DNA of 64,000 nt from Callorhinchus milii (taxonomy: Eukaryota): the NCBI RefSeq assembly GCF_018977255.1, contig NW_024704743.1:7380001-7444000 (forward strand). Direction: 5' to 3'. Shown here in pieces: positions 49,374 to 62,742 of the stretch. The position numbers and the translations under genes are program-made. Below the pieces are notes generated by a model that did no database searches, was not told the origin of the DNA, and saw nothing but the letters and a program-made list of their open reading frames with translations. Numbering within the stretch: position 1 is the first letter of the stretch; every line of letters begins with the position of its first letter.

Positions 49374-51430
49374 AACAACAACAACAAAATTACATTTGTA
49401 TAGTGCCTTTCATGTTGGAGACTTCCCAAGGTGCTGGACAATCAATGTTTCAGACCCGAGCTGGGAGGTAGGGATCAGGGAAGGTGGAGGGTGGTGGGGG
49501 AAGGAGTGTGATCAAAGTCACAGTCAGACAAGAGGGTCTTGAGACAGGTCTTGAAGGAGGCAAGGGAGGAGGTGAAGCTGAGGGACTGAGGGATGGAGTT
49601 CCTGAGGATGGAGCAAAGTGGCTGAAGGCTCGCAGCCCCAATGGTGGGGCAGGCGAGGGGGGAGATATTAAGCAGGCTGGAACCCACTGAGCAGAGGGAG
49701 CGAGCAGGTTGGTAGGGGATTAGGAGTTTGCAAAGGTTGGGGGGAGCAAAGACATAGAGGGCTTTGAAGGTGAGGACCAGGATCTTGAACTGTATCTTCT
49801 GTGTGATGGGAAGCCAGTGGAGTCAAGCTAGGATGGAAGCCTGTTGCGGAAGAGGCCACAGGCTGCAGAGTTCTGGATGATCTGCATCCTATGGAGGGAG
49901 GAGTTGGGGAGGCCAACAAGCAGGAAATGTGCACAGTCGAGCCAGGATATTATGAATGCATGTATAAGGATCTTGGCGGCCTGCAGTGTGAGACAGTGGT
50001 GGAACCGGGCGATGTTGCGGAGGTGGGGGAAGCAGAACGGGTCATGGCATGGATTTGGGGTAGAAAAGATAGTTGAGGGTCAAACAAGGCGCCAAGGTTG
50101 CCGACTGGCTGCATCACCTCGCAGTTTGCATTAGAGAGGATGGCTGAGGCATGAGAGGGTGGGCGGAGTAGCCGGTTGGTGATGGAGAAGAGGAGCTTGG
50201 GGCTGTCCTTGGCCTCCAAGATTGTCTTGGAGTAGAAGGATGATTTAGCAGAGGTGAGGGTGGAGCAGTAAATTTTGATAAGATCTGCATTAAATTAGAT
50301 TTGAGCCAGGTGCGTTCAGCAGCACGCACTTGTACCTTGAGGGAGCAGAGGCGGCTGGTGTACCAGGGTGACTTCCATGCATAGGAGGTGGTTCGGGAAG
50401 TGAGGAGAGCAAGGGCATCGAGAATGGTGATCCAGGTTTTGGTGAGGGTGGGGATGTCAATGTTTTCGTTGACAATGAGGTCTTGGATGGTAACCGTTTT
50501 ATTGGAGAGGAAGCGGACATTTTGTAGGCTGATGTGGAGGGGACAGTTAGTGGCAGAATGTGGGGGACGAGCAGGGGAGAGGGAGGATTGACAGGGAGGA
50601 TGGGGATGTAGATGAGGGAGGAGAGGTTGGCTCCCAGGGTCAGGGACCGATGGCCCTTGCGACAAGAATGGTGCATAGGGCAATCAGAGTGGCTGCTGTT
50701 GGACAGCCAGTGGCATCTGCCAAGGTGCGCCTTAAGGAAGATTTGCAGACTGGAGCAGAGGGAGGCTATGGGACGGTTCAGCAGGAATAAGAGTCCGGGA
50801 GGGCAGTGGTAGAGGAGGAATGATCGGGAGTAGTGGAGGGTAGAGGACAGGGGTGCGAGAATTTCGGGGAAGCAGCTTGGGTGGGTGGCGGCAGCCAAAA
50901 TGTGCATGAACGCAGGGGGGTAGGGGGAGAGAGGGGGGGGTGGGAGTCAGTGTGGCATAATCAGCGCGCTAGCCTGGATCATCATGGGGATGGGGGGTCG
51001 GGACGTGGGGGACAATGTTACGGTCCCAGTGGGTCCAGGCTCAGATATTCCAAAGTGGCGGGCGGATGTGACTTCACGCGGCAGCCGAATTCTGGTTGGA
51101 TGTTGACCAGGAGAGTCAGCAATGGCCGCGATGGCACTTTAGACCAGCCGGGGCGACAGCTCCCACGCTGGCTCCACACAGTACAGGTAGGCCTCCATCC
51201 CTGCGTTGGATCTGGTCGCTATTGGGGGTGGTGGGGGTGGGGGACGTCGGACCCTGCGCCGGTGTTGTCGTCTAGCCTCGCTCGGCCTCGCTTCAGGCTC
51301 CGCTCCAGGCGTCGATTCCGGCCTGGCTTCGGGCCCCAATCGCGTGTAAGATGCCTCGGTCCCCACTCCAGGCCTCGAGCCCAAGAACTCCTGGCTGTCC
51401 CACTCCATTCCGATCAAACTCCCGATTGAA
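49374..51430 (-). mobile_element. L2 LINE with its 5' region retained and large internal deletions
   Basis: - strand: LHYSRSFLL..GANLSSLIYIPI (ORF2 N-terminal extension), LQNVRFLSNK..IQDLIVNENIDI..TKTW (APE endonuclease start), PWYTSRLCSLK..RAAERTW (linker), NLGALFDPQLSFLP (post-RT), tail at 49374. The 5' boundary is approximate. Confidence 0.8.
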
Positions 51431-52542
51431 CCCACTCACCTGGAATGCAAAAAGCAGGGATTTTCCCCCTGTTGTGCGATACGTTTGATGATCTTGTCAC
51501 GGCGCCAGCCTCAAGCCCACCACCATCTTGGGAACCTCAAGCTTTCCTCCAAAGCAGTCAGTGCTTTTACATGGGGGAAAGCCTCCTCCTATGTACCTTT
51601 TGCTTTCGTTATTAGATGCCAATTTAACCGGCCAAAGCACGTAACAGCGGTGTGTGGAATTGAGTGTGTAACTTAAAATTCCATTCATGTCTGGCAACTT
51701 AATTGCATTCCATACATACGCTTGTCTGGGCAGCCACATAGCAAAGCAGGCCAACTAATACTGCATGTACTTCATACCTACATTTCCATCGTCCAGGCTT
51801 TATATTCATCACATTGGACAAGAAGGAACTGGATAGATATCTAAAAAGGAGTAAACAGCCAGGTATATGGGAAAAAGGCAGGTAAATGGGACTGAATGGA
51901 TTGTTCTTCCGAACAGCCAACACAGAGATAATGGGCTAAATGGCCTTCTGTGCTGTAAATTTTGATAGGTCTCCAATAATAATTATTGCGTTTGATATAG
52001 TGCCTTATCGTGTCTTCTAGACGTCTCAAAGCGCTACACAGAATATACTGTAAAGTGAATTGACTGTATATTTTGCAGGCAAAATATACACCAAATATAT
52101 ATCAAAAACCCACAGCCTGTTGTGTAAAATACAATGCTAAATGAGGGAAATTTTAACCCCATTTCCACATCAGCTTCACATCATCACCAGTTGTGGAGTC
52201 TTTAGCAAGTAGTGGGGAAAATCAAAAGTCACCTGAACAATACAATACAATAAAATTTGCAATTATATAGTGCCTTTCACATTGGGAGGACATCCCAAAG
52301 CACCTGTGAGGCTGTAGGCAATAAGGTGTGATTTAAAACCACTTGCACACAATGGACACAGATGTGCATGTTTCACATCTTCCTGTAAATCCAAGTCAAA
52401 AGACATGAAAAGCGCTATATCAAATGCAAGGATTATTATTATTATTATTAAAGCCTCGTAGCAGGTTTACTGAACACCAATTGTTTAATCCAGATCTTCG
52501 TATGAGGGGCCTTGACAAAGCTGAACCTGATATATTGTGGAA

Positions 52543-52865
52543 AATAATAATAATAATCCTTGCATTTGATATAGCGCTTTTCACTTCGGGAGGACGTCCC
52601 AAAGCGCTTCACAGAATATACTGTAAAGTGAATTGATTCTATATTTGTGGGCGAACGCGGCAGCCAATTGCGCACAGCAATGTCCCACAAACAGTCGTAG
52701 ATTGAAAATGACCAATTTATTATTGTTTTTGGTTTTGGAGGGATTATTATTAGGCTCTGTGTGGAGTAAGGAAACTTGCCCAAGGTTTCGCCCTCTGCCT
52801 GGAATTGAACTCAGGTCTCTCACTTGCAAAGCGAGTGCTCTAACCACTGAGCTACAGGACTCCAC
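52543..52865 (-). mobile_element. Young full-length tRNA/Deu SINE
   Basis: Near-identical reverse complement of 32265-32595. Confidence 0.92.
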
Positions 52866-54704
52866 AAGGGAAAAGGGAAACAAGAAGCATAAAAAAATCA
52901 ATAAGAAATAACTTATTCGGAGTACCAGCCTGCCTCATACCCTGCTCTGCTCCACAATCAGTGAGTGAGCTTTTACCCACTCTGCTTCACCCTCTGGATC
53001 TCTTTGCCAAAGTAACTCTGTTTCACTCCCCGCCTTTCTGCTTTTAAAGCTTATCTAAAAAACTATTTAACTGTGTTTTTGGCATCTCCCAATACTCTTG
53101 TGGCTCTCTTCCAGCTCAGGCCCCTCCTCAATCTTCGTAAAGCGCTTTGAGATGTCCTCCCTACGTGGAAGCCATAAGTGCAAATCGTTATTGTGATATC
53201 CTCATATGCTGTTTTTGATTCCCCAAAAGATACAAAATTGGCTAAGGGTTACTATTTTCTTACAGAGTGAAAGATTTGAGACATAGGTGCCAGTAAAAGC
53301 ACTTAATACAGTACCAGATAAATTAAATCCTTTACAAAAAGCTGAATAACATAAGGATAATAAGAATGAAGAATCTAAGGTGTAAAATTCAAGTCTTCAT
53401 AAATCACTTTTTATAAGAAGAAGGACAGGTTAGAGAAAGAACTCTTTGTTCAGTCTTAACTTGAAATCTGATTTTCCACAGTTCTTAACAAGAACTGGCT
53501 TCTAAATTAATTAAAAGTTAAGAATGTTCCATGATGCTGTGCAGTCTTAGATTTTAAGACAAAATGGTTTGATAGGCTAAGGTTAGGTGGAATTTAGGGA
53601 CTCAGTCAGAACAAGGGTGCTACAGTTGGTTTAAGTGTCTTATTCTAGTGAAGAGAAAGTAAAGTCGGATTCCTGCTGATGATCGTAATCAAGTGGCCTC
53701 TGGTGGAAAGTCCACATCATAGGAATGTACAAAACCAGAAAAAAGCCCATTGCAACTCATCTGGGTGGTCCCAATGCTTGAAAAACACCACACACAACTC
53801 GACTGCTTATTGGGTGAGGACAGGATCGGGCTTGGCTGTGATTTCAACCCATGGTTTGCTTACTTCACTAACATTAATTGTTTAAGCTCACAAATGAAAA
53901 GTGGGCATTTGTGTGAGACACCCAAGGGAAGCTACTGCCCATGGCGCTGCAACCCAGCATGAATTAGTCATTTTAGGAGCGGATAGGAAGCAAATAAGAG
54001 AAGCAAAAGAAGAAACATGGGGAGACTCAGATGATCAAACGTTCTATGCAGAGTAGCGCTCCTGGAAAAGTCTGTGGACTGCATGTGTTTAGAGTATAAT
54101 TGTGGATTGTGAACCTGGATTAAGATCCTGAGGTAGTGTTTTGAATAGGTTTGTGGAGACTTTTCAGAACTTTCTTCTGGAAAGAGTCTTTTTCAAGCCT
54201 GTGATTTTATTCAGTTAGGACGCTTCAATAGCAGAATATTCTGTATAGCAGAGACCTGTTGTCTCTCTTGGTAAATTAAATCAATTGAGCAACTTGTACA
54301 TGCTCCATGGTTGAAACAGGCTTGATGAGACAATGATCTTTACTTGCTATATACTATCCTGGCCGAATCCTGGGTGTTCTTGAAGGGGCAGACTAACTAG
54401 AAGTTGTCCAAATTAGAAATATTGTAGACATCTGCGATATTTGCAAATTAATCTGAAAAACACCTGGTTTGATACATGACCTTTGAATCTGACCTTATTT
54501 TATCATTTATCCCTAGCCATTACTTCATTACAAATTATCCAAGCTAATATCCAATGGCCATTAATATGCAAACTCAATGCAGCTACATTGCTGTATGGAT
54601 CAGTGGAACAACAATAATATATATCATATAGATATATATATTGCATTTATATAGCACCCATCGTATGGGGCAGTGTCTTGGAGCACTTGATGGGGCAATG
54701 ACCT

Positions 54705-55666
54705 TTACTTAATGCATGTCAGATCACATAATAGACTTGTTAGCAAAATTGGCTGAGAGGCAGAAATAGAGTAGTGATGAACAGTTGTTTCTCTGACTGG
54801 AGGGAACTATACAATGGTGTCCCCCAGGGGGTCGGTATTTTTTAAATCTATATTAATGACCTGGACCTGGGTATAGGGAGCACAATTTCCTAGTTTGCAG
54901 ATGATACAAAGCTAAGAAAAGTAGTTAATAGTGAGGATGATAGTTTCAGACTGCAGGAAGACTTAGGTGGATTGGGCAGACACATGGCAGATGAAATTTC
55001 ATGTGGAGGAATGCAAAGTTATGCATTTTGGGAGGAAGAATGAGGAGAGGCAATATAAGCTGATGGTACAATCTTAAAGGGGGTGCAGGAGCAGAGAGAC
55101 CTGGGGAAGTCACATAAGCAAATCTTTGAAGGTGGCAGGAAAGGCAGATAAGGCTGTTTTAAAAAAAAACATACTTTAGCTTTATAAATAGGGGCATAGA
55201 ATACAAAAGTAAGGAGGTTATGATGAACCTTTATAAAACACTGTTTAGGCCTGGGCACCACACTTTAGGAAGGATGTCAAGGCCTTGGAGAGGGTGCAAA
55301 GGAGATTTACCAGGATGATACCAGAAATGAGGGACTTGGGTTAGAGAAGATAGGATTGTTCTCCTTAGAGCAAAGAAGGTTAAAGAGAGATTTAATAGAG
55401 GTGTTCAAAATTATGAGGGGATGTGACAGAGTGAACATGGAGAAACTGATTCCACTGGCAGGTGGGTCAGTAACCAGAGGATACAGATTTAAGACAGTTG
55501 TCAAAAGAACCGGAGGGGAGATGAGGAGAAATTTTTCACACAGTGAGTTGTTCGGATTTGAACAAACTAACCCGAACCCTAATTAATTTGGACAGCTCTT
55601 TTAAAGAGCCGGCATGGGCCGAATGGCCTCCTGTGATGTATAATTCTATAATTCTATGATTTTATG
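54705..55666 (+). mobile_element. 5'-truncated CR1 LINE (RT C-terminal half to tail)
   Basis: NGVPQG, IYINDLD, FADDTKL, FSLEQRRLKRDLIEVFKIMRG motifs; tail gaatggcctcctgtg..ttctataattctatgattttatg. Confidence 0.92.
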
Positions 55667-57978
55667 TCCTACATGCAGTAAAGCAAGTAAAAGTCCTGTG
55701 TGTAGTCAGTGCTTTGCCTGAGCTAATGTTTATTACGTGGGACACATCGAAGGCTGATTCCAAGAATTGTTTTTAGGAATTGTGGAACGTGCTGGGTAAA
55801 ACTGGGCTGAGCGTGTGACACTGGTGTGTTGCAGTCTGTGACACAGACTCTGCACAAGGGGATCTTCGGACCAGGGTGTGTTTGTGGTGCAGATAAGAGA
55901 ACAATAGCACTGTTTTGTTTAGGAAACAGCTGTGGGAAGAAGGGGAGTGAACTTCTGGAAAGAGTCGAGCAGTGTGTTTTTCCAGCCTGTGATTTTATTC
56001 TGTTGGGGCGCTTCAATGTACAGTTGCAATGGCAGAGTAAAAAATAGCTTCTTCACCTCAGGTAAGTTTACCTTTGTGCTATGTTTCCTAATTTGTGGAG
56101 CAAATCCAAACATGCTCAGCTATTAACAGAATGACTTCATAACTTTACAAGGGATTGCTGTTTCCTCACCAGCTCCACCGAAAGACTGAAGCTCACTGAG
56201 GCAAAGCAGAGGGCCAGAGTGTCAGCAAGGATTTATTGATGTTATATTGTATTACCAATGTAATAAACAGTCATTTCAGCAGTAACCCTTGATTAGGTTC
56301 AGTAACAGCGAGCATTTAACATGTTTCGGTTGTTGGAGGTGAGACCTGGTGCAGCGTACGATTTGTCTTGAGTTACGGTCTACTTTTGGATTTTCTGATG
56401 ACAATTTCCAGAGCTGTAATCTCTGTAGTTGGATGTTTAGGAGAGAATGAGCCGCTGTGCAAATATGTGCAGGAAATGACCTCCGCCATCTAACTATGAA
56501 TAAACTGGGTGTAGCTTTTTTTTATAAGGCTGGGATTTCTTTATTTAATGTAGCAACTACATGTATATGTAACAGTCGACATACATTACTTGATGAAATA
56601 ATGAGCCAATTTATATTCCACTTAGCAAAAAGTATTCAGACAGTTTTGATTTTAGAGATAGTTTGGCAGTATTCCTGGGCCATCCATTCTCAGACAAATG
56701 TTTAGGACTCCCATGTTGCTAATGCTGAGCTGCCTTGTGTTAAGTAGAGAGCCAATTATACCCACTACTTTGTGGATATGCAAACAGTGGGGATCATTGG
56801 ACATCACATAAATACAAATTGTTCCACCAAGAATTATGCTGTCACTATAGTGCCTAACTGTGACAGCCCTTCTCTTTCCCCTACTACTTTCTCTATCTCT
56901 TTTTTTCTCTCTCCACCTTTTTCTCTCTCTCTGAGCATCTTTAATTTCCAATCTCTTCTCTCTGTTTTAACAGTATAACATAAGTTAATATTAAAAACAA
57001 AGACCATCGGCGGTCAAATTTCAAAATTGCAAATGATAATGTGAACGGGAAATTAACATTAATAACAAGTCTGGACGAACACTCGCTTGACTTTAGGAAA
57101 ATGATTCCTTGGGGTTTTTCAGAATTAACTTAAAATACCTTGCAAGCTAAATTTTTTTACACTTTCAGGCAGAGAAATGCAAAATTTGTGTCCTCCGGTG
57201 CTCGATTTTAGATTTAGTTTAATTGCCCCCTCCCCACTTTGTATACCTGAAGACCTATCGCTTCGACCGCACCTCCCCCCCCGCCCCCCCCCCCCCCCAT
57301 TCTCCCTTGCTAGGCATCTAACCGCACTGCTGTATAGTGTTCCAAGATGCTATCGTGCATGAGGGATGTTATATAAATGGGAGTTGTTGTTGTTGTTTGT
57401 TGCCAATCTGTTTGTATGGTTGGTTTTCCCGACTTTGGCTGTGTTATAAAGGAAGCTGAAGAGCTTGGAACTGAATGAATGCAGTTGCGGAGGTTTTGCA
57501 TGGCTCCTCTTGCCTGCACAGGCATTGAAGCATCTCACATCAGCCCTCTGTACAGACCATCCCTAGACAGCCTGGACTTCAAAAAACATTAACAGTTGCT
57601 GTTCGGCACTTTTCAAACAAATTGCACGACCACAGATTTCTGATAATAATAATAACACTAGTATTTCACGTCAGGAGGATGCCTCTAAGCACTTCACCGG
57701 ACACAGGATTTACTACAAAGTGTAATGGTTGCACTTTGTAGGTAAGCAAATATCTGGTGCTCAATTGTTTGAGAATTTTTGGAATCCACCCCATGTTGAA
57801 GGATTTGTAATGCAGTGATCCCTGCAGGCTCCTCGATGTGCTTCACCTGAATAGGTCAGCTTAGTTCAGCTGGCAGCACTCCCGCTTCTGAATTGTAAGG
57901 TTGTTGGTTCAAACCCCATGTTGGGACTTTGAGCTTATGTAGTCTAGGCTGATACTCCAGTACAATGCTGGGAAAGCA

Positions 57979-58548
57979 CTAACTTGTTATCCAGAACTCT
58001 GCAGCCCGTGTCCTCTTCCGTACCAGGCTCTGTGACCCTATCATCCCGATTCTTGCCCAACTCCACTGGCTTCCCATCACACAGAGGATACAGTTCAAGA
58101 CCCTGGTTCTCACGTTCAAAGCCCTCCATGGCCTTGCTACCCCCTACCTCTGCAACCTCCTAACCCTCTACCAGCCTGCCTGCTCTCTCCGCTCAGTGGG
58201 CTCCGGCATGTTTCACATCCCTCAGGTTGCCTGCCCCATCATGGGCGGGCCTTTTGCCACTCTACTCCCACCCTCTCAACGCAGCTGTCCCACCAGGGCG
58301 GGCATTTTGCCACTCTGCCCCCACTCTCTGCAACTACATCCCACAGTCCCTCCGGCTCGCCCCCTCTCTATCTCCTTCAAGACCCTCCTCTTTGACCATG
58401 CCTTCGGTCACTGTCTTTCCCCACCCCACTGCCCTCTACCCTCCCCGATCCCGACCCTCAGCTCAGGTCCGCGATATTGATTGTCCAGTGCTATGGGACG
58501 TCCTCCCGACATGAAAGGCGCTATACAAATGTAATTTTGTTGTTGTTG
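57979..58548 (+). mobile_element. L2 3' fragment inserted in a SacSINE1-like SINE (halves about 57855-57978 and 58549-58640)
   Basis: QLHWLPITQRIQFKTLVLTFKALHGLATPYL remnant; (GTT)n tail; the SINE resumes gtcagaggtgctgtcctt. Confidence 0.85.
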
Positions 58549-58785
58549 TCAGAGGTGCTGTCCTTTGGGAGGAATGTCTGGTCCCACACCTGGTCTGCCT
58601 GTTCAGATGGATCTTAACAATCCCATAGCACTACTTCAGGCTCTCTTTGCCCAGTAGGAGTTGGGCATTTGAGCAGAATTCTGGTGCGGTTGAGTCAGAC
58701 ACACTCAGATATGCACGTTTTATTTTGGTCAGCAATTTCTAACATATATCCATCACCATCATAATAATAATCTTTGCATTTGATA

Positions 58786-59109
58786 TAATAATAATAATAA
58801 TAATCCTTGCATTTGATATAGCGCTTTTCACGTCGGGAGGACGTCCCAAAGCGCTTCACAGAACACACTGTAAAGTGAATTGACTGTATATTTGTGGGCG
58901 AACGCGGCAGCCAAATGCGCACAGCAATGTCCCACAAACAGTCGTAGATTGAAAATGACCAATTTATTATTTTTTTTGTTTTTGGAGGGATTATTATTAG
59001 GCGTGTGGAGTAAGGAAACTTGCCCAAGGTTTCGCCCTGTGCCTGAAATTGAACTCAGGTCTCTCGCTTGCAAAGCGAGTGCTCTAACCACTGAGCTACA
59101 GGTCTCCAC
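58786..59109 (-). mobile_element. Young full-length tRNA/Deu SINE with a duplicated tail end (58761-58786)
   Basis: Head ..ctctaaccactgagctacaggtctccac; core and tail as in the other copies. Confidence 0.9.
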
Positions 59110-59194
59110 GACTCCACCATGTTCAGGAATGTCCAAAAGGGCCTGACAGTTCTGCATGTATATGATCACTTGAGCAAGAAAATTTACCTGTATG

Positions 59195-59235
59195 TGGACT
59201 CCTTAGGGAGTCCATTATAACAAGGCTGCACTGTA
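59195..59235. mobile_element. Possible Tc1/mariner-Tigger MITE remnant
   Basis: Palindrome tggactcc-ttag-ggagtcca followed by ttataacaaggctgcactg|TA; a similar TA|cagtagagccccattataatgggg lies at about 38591-38616. Confidence 0.35.
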
Positions 59236-59603
59236 GGTAGGTACTGTAGGCAGTATGATGCTACCTGAGATGCTACCCTGCGTGAAGGGGCGCTATACAT
59301 TTTGCCCACAAAATATACAGTCAATTCACTTCAGAGTATATTCTGTGAAGCGCTTTGAGATGACATGATCAGGCACTATATCAAATGCAAGGATTATTAT
59401 ATAAGTGCACATTGTTGTTGTAGTTGTTAGCTATCTAAAAATGAATCATTTGTAGGGGTTTAGGGGAAAGGCAGGTAAATGGGTCCTAAAAGATTGCTCT
59501 TACAAAGACTCAGCACAGACACGATGGGATGAACAGCTGCCCTCTGTGCTGTAGATTGTAAATTTCTATGGTTCCCTTACTGTATCTTTTCAGTGTCAGA
59601 AAT

Positions 59604-59618
59604 CCAGCAGGTGGCAGC
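59604..59618 (+). promoter_or_regulatory. Candidate CTCF binding site
   Basis: CCAGCAGGTGGCAGC fits the CTCF core consensus CCASYAGRKGGCRS; TTCAGTGTC just upstream resembles the TGCAG upstream module. Confidence 0.5.
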
Positions 59619-60599
59619 TGCTGTTGACATTTTAAAGTACTGGAAAATGTCATGTATTAATGTAAAAGTATCCATCTCTGCTTTCCAGGGTATCGAGTGC
59701 ATTAAAGTGGCCGAAAGTGAATGAGAAATTTCTAATCTCACTGTGACCTGGACCATTCATCAAGTTAGAAATGATATCAGTAACCTAGAAAAGAAACAGG
59801 GCTTTTGCTTTTGACAAATTGACGCACCACCTTTTAGAATTTAGATGAAGACATTTCAGTAAATTGCCTGTGGTGTTCTATGTCCTTAGTTTAAACATCA
59901 GCCTGAGTTGCAGCAGTAATAGGTTTCATGTGTACCATTCCTGTTGTAGCTAAAGCTATGATAGGAGTGAGTTGACAAAGGCCAGGTCCCACACTCCTCC
60001 AGTTCCATTAAAGCAGTCTGGATTTCACCTCTGTACTGGGATTGGCCGTACTACCAGCAAAAGCAATTAAAGTTGCATCCATCAACTCTTTTGTAAAAGA
60101 CTAATAACAATAGTAATCATTCTTGCATTTGATATAGCGTTTTATCACAATGTGAAATGTCTCAAAGTGGTTTACAGGATTTTGCTGCAGAGTGTAATGA
60201 CTGTATATTTTGCAGGCGAACAAGGCAGTCAATTTGCACCCAACAGTGTACCACAAACAGTCAGGAAAGGAATGGCCAATTTACTGGATAAGTGTCGACT
60301 CGAGTGTAGTTCAGAGAAATAATGAAATGAACAATTGCTACACTGGACATAATGCTTCCTGATACAGGGCCTTATCAAATCATTGAGACATCTCTAAGGC
60401 AACTATAGTTAGAATTCACTTCCCGCTGTCTTTGCCATATTTCATATAAAATAATATATGATCATTATTATTAATAAACGATTATTACCATCAACTATTA
60501 ATATAACTATAATAAATGTACAATTATTACCATTGCTTTCCAGGGGTAATAGTCCCTCAAAAAAATTGGTCCACGACTGTTTGTGGGACACTACTAGTA

Positions 60600-60875
60600 A
60601 TAAATAATCCTTTGCAATTGATATAGCGCTTTTCACGTCTTCTAGATGTCTCAAAGCGCATCACAGAATAAACTGCAAAGTGAATTGACTGTATACATGT
60701 GGGCGAAACGCAGCAGTCAATTGCGCACAGCAGTGTCCCACAAACAGTCGTGGATTGAGTGACCAAGTAATTATATTTTGTTTTCTTGAGGGATTATTAT
60801 TGCTGTGGAGTAAGGAAACTTGCCCAAGGTTTCGCCCTGCTGGGAATTGAATCCAGGTCTCTCACTTGCAAGGCT
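60600..60875 (-). mobile_element. tRNA/Deu SINE (5' end clipped), back-to-back with a + strand SINE tail at 60880-61010
   Basis: Same family motifs as the other copies. Confidence 0.8.
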
Positions 60876-62414
60876 ACTGCGAGCAATTGGCTGCTGCGGT
60901 TCGCCTAGAAAATACAGTCAATCCACTTTACAATATATTGTGTGAAGCATTTTGAGATATCTCAACGACATGATAAGGCACTATATCAAATGCAAGGATT
61001 ATTATAATATTATTAATAGTCTAAAAGGGAGACAAGGGCAATCTTTAACTTGTGTTGTCTGTTGAAGAAGATGTCCAGTGTGAATGAGTCCCTGAGTGAC
61101 TAAGAAAGGAGCTGTTGATCTCGGAGCTCAGAATTGTGTTAGTTTTTGGTGCTCAGCACTAGCTATGTATGAATACATTCAAGCCTCTGTTTCTAAAGAG
61201 GGGAGGTGGGTGATGGTTCGCTGCTCTTGCTACTTAGTCCTGCCTGGTACTACCAGTGTGTGCTTACAGCAGTTATCCCTCCACGTCTCTTAACCTAATA
61301 ACAGGCTCAATGTGTCAGTGTCACACTGAGAGATGTTATTATCCACAGTTATTTGTCTATCTCTTTCGGACTTTAAAGTTGCTGAATATTATATATAGAA
61401 TAACTGTCAACCCAGGAATTACTGTAGCACAATATTTATTTTTAACGAGATAAAAAGATACTGTGCATCCTCGGGCCTGGGAAACCGTGGAGGGGACTGT
61501 CAGGGAGGAAAGAGGACAAGGTTGCATAATAGAGATAAGGAGATAGATAATAATTTTTTAATGTAATTTTTGAGAATTTGCTGTGCGCAAATTTGCTGTT
61601 GAGGTTGCTTACAAACTACACAGGCCTCACGAGTTACAGTAAATCCTGGAAAGTGCTTTGAGATGACCTTCTGATGTGAAAGTCGCTATATCAAATGCAA
61701 GTAAAACAACAACTTGCACTATATATAGCGCCCTTCATGTCAGGATAATGTCCCGGAGCACTTTACAGGGATACGGTTGGCGCTAAGCAAAGGAGAGTGG
61801 GCGAGGGCCACAAGTACTTTCAAGATATTATACTATACTATATATATTGTTAAAATATATATTTTTAAATATTGTTATATTAGTATTTACATATTATTGT
61901 TATTTAAATATCATAATATTAAGATTGGTGGTGGTGTGGGGGGAATGTGTTATGTTTGCAGAATGTCATGTGCTAGATATCATTAGTCATAATTATCAGA
62001 AGGATAGAGTTTACAGTAAATTTTGTTTGTACAGTATACGTGGCTGAACTTCTCTCCCCCTGACACCAAAAGAATGATTTCTCCCTCGGCCTTTTCAGAA
62101 AGCATTGGATTTGAAACTCATGAGGAGTTTTGCTTTAGCATCTCAGTCGCTGAAACAGCTTTTTAACTTCAGCCTTTTGGGCTTTAGAATTATGCGTAGG
62201 GTTGCGATTTGGCAAAGAAGCCCAATGTCTGAGTTCCCTCAGGCTCTGAATCAAGATTGTTCAGACCAGCCCCAGTCTAGCAGTGACACAATGGTTGGGC
62301 TCGAAGTGGGCCTTACATTAGTTCACCAAAGATTCTTTGCCAGGATATGACTGATCCAGTTCAGTTTTGAAAGTTTGTAAAGTAAATAATTTGAAGTTAT
62401 TTATCAAAGTTTCT

Positions 62415-62742
62415 AAGCTGACACTCCAATGCAGCGCTTGGGGTGTGTTGTCAGAGGTGCTGTCCTTCAGATGTGATGTTAAACCGAGTTCCTGTCTGCC
62501 TGTTGACGTGGATGTTAAAAATCCCATGGCACTATTTGAAAAGAGAAGGGAGTTTCTCCCGTGTCCTGGCCAGCAATCTTCCAAATAAAATTGGTCACTC
62601 ACTCCATGGCTGATTGTGGGACACTGCTGTGCACTTCTGGCTGCCGCATTTCGCCTACAAAATACGTAATCAATCCATTTCACAGCATATACTGTGAAGC
62701 ACTTTGAGACATCTCGACGATGTGGTAAGACGCTATATTAAA
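62415..62742 (+). mobile_element. SacSINE1-like Deu SINE body and tail
   Basis: gctgacactccaatgcagcg..cagaggtgctgtccttcagatgtgatgttaaaccg..atcccatggcactatttgaaaagagaagggag..Deu core..tail. Confidence 0.75.

Noticed and set aside
50833..51429. 198-aa + strand ORF
   Set aside because: Antisense to the GC-rich 5' region of an L2; low-complexity and no recognisable domain.
52448..52911. Recurrent ORFs containing [22 protein letters not shown] or [16 protein letters not shown]
   Set aside because: Chance translations of the multicopy SINE body.
56016..56061. ATG TAC AGT (MYS...) as the JCAD start
   Set aside because: Continues MYSCNGRVK rather than the JCAD N-terminus I recall (MYSVEDLLISHGY); no JCAD coding sequence recognised in the window.
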